This document shows, in pieces, positions 59,448 to 64,000 of a DNA stretch of 64,000 nt; within the stretch, counting starts at the first letter, position 1; the number at the start of each line of letters is the position of its first letter. Origin of the DNA: Zygnema circumcarinatum SAG 698-1b. Lineage: Eukaryota > Plantae > Zygnematophyceae. Below the pieces are notes generated by a model. That model had not been told where the DNA came from, ran no database searches, and was given only the letters and a program-made list of their open reading frames with translations. The DNA is taken from contig CM074808.1 of the NCBI GenBank assembly GCA_037447605.1, positions 4,030,001 through 4,094,000 on the forward strand, read 5' to 3'. The translations under genes and the position numbers were made by a program.

Positions 59448-62400
59448 ATGGATGACCTTGTCTCTCTTTCTGAAACCATTCAGAAGGCGTCCACCATTCT
59501 TGCTGATGGCATCCCGGGGGAAGAATCCCAGGGTCCTTCGACCTCTCTGCAGGTTCTAGTACTTGGAACATTGGTAAGTACTAGGCGTTATTCCAAGGAT
59601 CTCTTCGGGCGTGTCTGAGAAGACTATTTTGTTCTTTAACGCGGGCAAAAGATGCTTCTCGGAGCTGATCCGTTACGATCATGGTTCTCAGTTTCGTTTC
59701 AAGCAGATTCTTGCCCTAATGTATCTGTACTATTTAACGATTCGATGTATTTGCATAAAATTCACTGTACGCAGGCTCGCTACACTTATACATGTGTAAC
59801 CGTCGTATTTTTTTTACTCTGCAGGGAGCTGGGAAATCAGCAGTGCTCAACACTTTGATTGGGCACCCCGTCTTGGTAGGTTCCCCTTTGCTCTTGCCTA
59901 TGTACTTTCTTTAGGTTGAATCAATTCCATGGATCTGTTTCATTTCGAAGGAAGGTTACCATTTCTACAGCTTAAAGTACCAAATTTACTCGTATCTGTG
60001 TAAATGTGACGATTTAAAATTGCGTGCGAGAAGGAGGTTGACTTGTAGTGATCATTCAAATCCTTGTTGGCATGCAGCCAACAGCGGAAGGAGGGGCTAC
60101 ACGATTTCCGCTGATCATTGATATTGAGCGGAACAAGCATATAGCAGGGGACGGAGTACGTGGGAAAATGGGGTCAAACATGAACCTGCAGTCTGCTGGT
60201 GAGGGGATGATAGTTTATTCTTGCGAGGCCACACATATTTGAAGCTATCCTGCGGTTTGAAACTACGCTCTGATGTAAGGAAAGGAGCCTTGAACCTCAT
60301 TGCGGAATGCACGTCTGGAATGGGGCCTCTGGGTGACAGTGGAAATCAGGAAGGTGGTTCAATCTGACATGAAACGATGGCTTTCCTCCAGAAATCAAGA
60401 GGATCAGCAGAGGCATTTGATCATCCAGTCAAGTTCAGGTGAGTTTTAGATCTCGCATTCAGTCAACTTCAGCAGGTGTAATCTGCACACTTCATAGCTA
60501 ATGCTACCTGACAGTCTACATCCTCATACAGTGTAGTAAAAAAAAAAATCTTGGGCATAAGTGCCAGGTAGTGGTAGAAGCCTTGGTGTTTTAAACTGTC
60601 TGACTGCGCCAGTTTTTGCCTTAATTTTTGAGTTTTTTTTCACCTCATTGTCTTTGTGCATGACGGCAGCTCCTCCCTTGCGGCTCATTGATCTTCCGGG
60701 GCTAGAGTCGAGGGCTTCAGATCTCGATAACATGGTAAATGATTAATCTTGCCGCAATGGTCTAGCAAGGTGCTCAACGGTGTATTACATGACAAATTTT
60801 AATTCTTCGTCATGCACTGATGGTTTGAGGATTAGACATTGCTTACATTCAAATGAATGTAAACTGAAGGTTTTGCGGCTCTCTGCAGGTCCTAGACAAT
60901 GCTGGGGGAGATGTTATTCTGCTTGTCGTTCTTCCAGCGACAGGAGCAAAGGAAGCCTCTGCAGCCAGAGTTCTGAAGATGGCGCAGGATTTGGATCACG
61001 AAGGTGCCTGTTGTTCATCATTTGAAGTGGCATTTCAAGCAGATATAGGGGTAGCTAGTCAAGGCTTCCATGGTGGAGAAAGAACTAGGTCTGCTGGATG
61101 CATCTAGTGCAGAGGTTGTTCACGCAGTCTTACCTCAGGAAAGTTTTCTATTTGTATCTGGAGGTGCCGCATGTTTCTGCCTGTGCTTTTGAAGTGCTGC
61201 ACATCGCTAGCATAAATTGAAAATGACAATTTTCACTAGCTGTTGTTGTATTTTTTCCTTTCCTTTTGCCGCAGGATCAAGGACCCTTGGTGTGATCACG
61301 AAGCTGGATCAAGTTTCTGACGATAAAGCAGCAATTTCTGCGGTCATAGAGTTGCTCACTGGTCAAGGCCCACCGACGACTCAGAATTTTCCCTGGGTGG
61401 CAGTAATTGGGCAGCCTCCAAATGATAAGGGAGTTGACCCTGTTTCTGATTACCTTAATGAAGGTTGGAAGTTGGAAACAGAGACTTTAGGGTCCATCCT
61501 TCGGGCAAATGGGGGTAAGGGTTTAGAGAGTACTCTTGGACGAGAAGGTCTCCTCCGGACATTGGCACGGCAACTCCGGAAGCGAATGAAGGAGCGGATA
61601 CCAAAACTAATGAATGGGTGCGTCTATCATGCCTGGCATAAAAGGTCGGAGTCGATGTGAGGAACAAGTAGCAGTCAGCATGTGGAAGGACGAATGTTGG
61701 GTTGCTAGGAAAGAATGGTAGAGGTTGGGATTTGTGAGTTCGGGCACACTTTTTGACTCGAGTAGAGAAGGAGCCTGTACACTCAGCAGCGGAGATCAGA
61801 CGTACTCAGGGGCTAATTTCAGAGAATTCATCATTCGCAGCTGGTGTTTATGGAATCTTTACTGCAAATGTTCATATGGCAGATTGGTTAATTCTTGTTA
61901 TCATCTTGTCTATCTTGATCATCTTGCTATTCCATGGTCAAACTTTGAGCTATGTTTGGTAGGATTGTGTCCTCCCCTCGTAAGGATATTGCTGTCTCTC
62001 TATATCTCGTTAATTTCTTTCTCCGTTTTCTCTCTCCTATCAGATTGGAGTCAAGAACCCAAGAGGTGGAGGATGAATTGCTTCGACTGGGGGACACAAT
62101 TTTGTCCACAACAGAAGGCTCCCGAGCTGTGGCATTGGAGCTCTGTCGAAATTTCGATACTAAGTTTGTGGAGCATGTTGATGGGGGCGAGGTCTGATCT
62201 GATCCCTCCTTGTACTGCTCACTGGTCTGTGGGAGTGATTCAGAATGTGAGCGGCTGTCAGCAATTTTCTATCCGGTTGCTTGGCATTTTCCCTCACCAT
62301 CACTGGGGGATGGTGACTGCAGGACGGAGGAGCGAAGATGGTGGAGAAGTTTGTTGGCTCGCTTCCTGGAAGATTCAGGGCTCTGCCACTCGACCAGCTG

Positions 62401-64000
62401 TTTAGCATGGATAATGTTAAAAAGGTGCATCTTTTTTGCTGGCTAGAAAGGAGAACCTTTTTAACTTAAGAAACCTTCTTTTTTGTAAACGATGCTGGAA
62501 TCCTTGTCAGTCGCTAGCTGAGATTTCGGTTATGTGAATGCTTATGTACGAAGTTAAGGAGGTGCCTCTCGGTACTTGCAGTGAAGGTGGCTAAACCCTT
62601 AGAGAAGATTCCGAACCAATGGAGAAGCCCTTCACATGTCCTAAAGCTAAAGTTTTCTACAACACCTGGAATGTGATGCAATTTGGGAACAGGTGACTAT
62701 GGAAGCTGATGGTTATCAACCTTATTTGACATCACCTGAGAAGGGCTTAAGGCTTCTTATCAAGCGTTCTCTTGACCTAGCGAAGCAACCTGGACTTCAA
62801 TGTGTGGATGAGGTGCAAACTTAAAACGCTTGACAGTTCAACTGCATGTGATCTTGTTAACCCTACAGAGTGTATGCTTGCTCGTTATGTCCGCCTTTTC
62901 TGCCTATTGCTTTTCACTGTAGCAGACTAAATTGTTAGTTATGTTTGCAACTGCTTGAAGGCATGCTCAGGTATTTCAGTTTAGCCCTCTGTTTTCTTTT
63001 GGGTTATGCAGCAGATTCTTCTTTGAAGTATGTATGAGCAGACTGAATGAGCTAAGCAGCATGTTTCAAACACCTGAACTTCATTTGTTGAGAGGCTGGC
63101 TTTGATGTCGAAATGGGATGGCTGCTATTTTTTTCTGTAAATATATGGTTTTTCCTATAGGAGTTTTTCCATGTTGTCTGATCACCTTTGATCTTTGTCT
63201 TGACGTTGGAGTCTAGTTCTTTGTGCTGTTACATCCAAGACTGAGAATCATTGCTACACTTCCGGAATTATTATGTTATTTTGTGCGGTAGTTCGTTTTA
63301 AATAGCCGCCAGAGAGTGACAGTATTTTGGACTCGTGGTGTCTGGGCAGGTGCACAAGATTTTGATGGATGTTGTTACTGCTGCTGGCAACACCGCTCCC
63401 TCTCTCATCAGATTTCCTCCACTTAAGCGTGAGGTAGGAATACGGATTCCTAGATGGACGAAACAGAGATGCAATATTATAAATTTAGCCGGTTATGCAG
63501 TTTCAACTGCCAATCCTACTTGCCGGGTATGAGTGTTGAATTAGCAGATTATACACGCAGAGTTTACGCAGCTGCTCTAATAACAACTGGAATTGAAGTC
63601 ATGACAAACCTCAACTTTGTCAGCTCACTGTTGGCCGAGAGGGAATGGTCCATGTGGTGTAGTTGATGGCTATCGCCTCCTCCACCTTGGAACATTATCG
63701 AACTGAGGCAAGGACAATGGTTAACTCCCTTGTGGACATGGAGCGCGTCTTCATTCCTCCAGGGCACTTCATGGATGCCGCGGTTCGACGGTACGTGTTT
63801 GGTGTGTTTGTTGCTACGCCAGCCATTCGTTGAAGCTGTTTAGTCCTTGGTGATGGCATAAGATTGAATTGTTTGGGTTTTGGTTTCAACTCCATAACCC
63901 AAGTTGAGAGATTTACTCTCATACTACTCCAAGTCATGAGGAGTTCTCCTGCAGTTTGGCAGTCAAATGCTGCTCTTCAGGCTCACATTCTTCCAGATAC
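59448..64000 (+). CDS. DRP2: Dynamin-related protein 2 (DRP2A/B-like), 5' part only
   Basis: [20 protein letters not shown]..., [70 protein letters not shown]. The gene continues past the window end. Confidence 0.93.

Overview
Eukaryotic nuclear DNA: gene-dense, intron-rich and GC-rich, with about 18 protein-coding genes. The gene set (ALOG transcription factor, group-G bZIP, DRP2 dynamin, CbbY, two serine carboxypeptidases, nuclear intron-containing TilS and TsaE) points to a streptophyte green alga, possibly Zygnematophyceae; this is inference, not a database match. Genes in order: DUF218/YdcF-like (-), DUF952 (+), LEA-like hydrophilic protein (-), TilS (-), SDN5-like DEDDh exonuclease (+), ALOG/LSH (+), SCPL51-like (-), CbbY (+), unknown disordered protein (+), unknown coiled-coil protein (-), small putative plastid membrane protein (+), TsaE (-), SCPL clade II (+), GBF bZIP (+), TXNL4B/Dim2 (+), CCT1/TCP1-alpha (-), DRP2 (+, runs off the end). 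I recognised no CRISPR array, tRNA, intact rRNA gene or transposase/RT ORF. The most notable oddities are: (1) a 40-bp bacterial/organellar SSU rRNA 3' fragment inside a CCT1 intron; (2) a possible TilS transit-peptide exon lying antisense over the first coding exon of SDN5; (3) two convergent unknown genes whose promoters carry MSA-like (and, for one, E2F) cell-cycle motif clusters; (4) a recurrent CGATAC repeat in divergent promoters; (5) a ~58-copy heptamer array. Exon boundaries were read by eye, so gene ends are approximate where noted.
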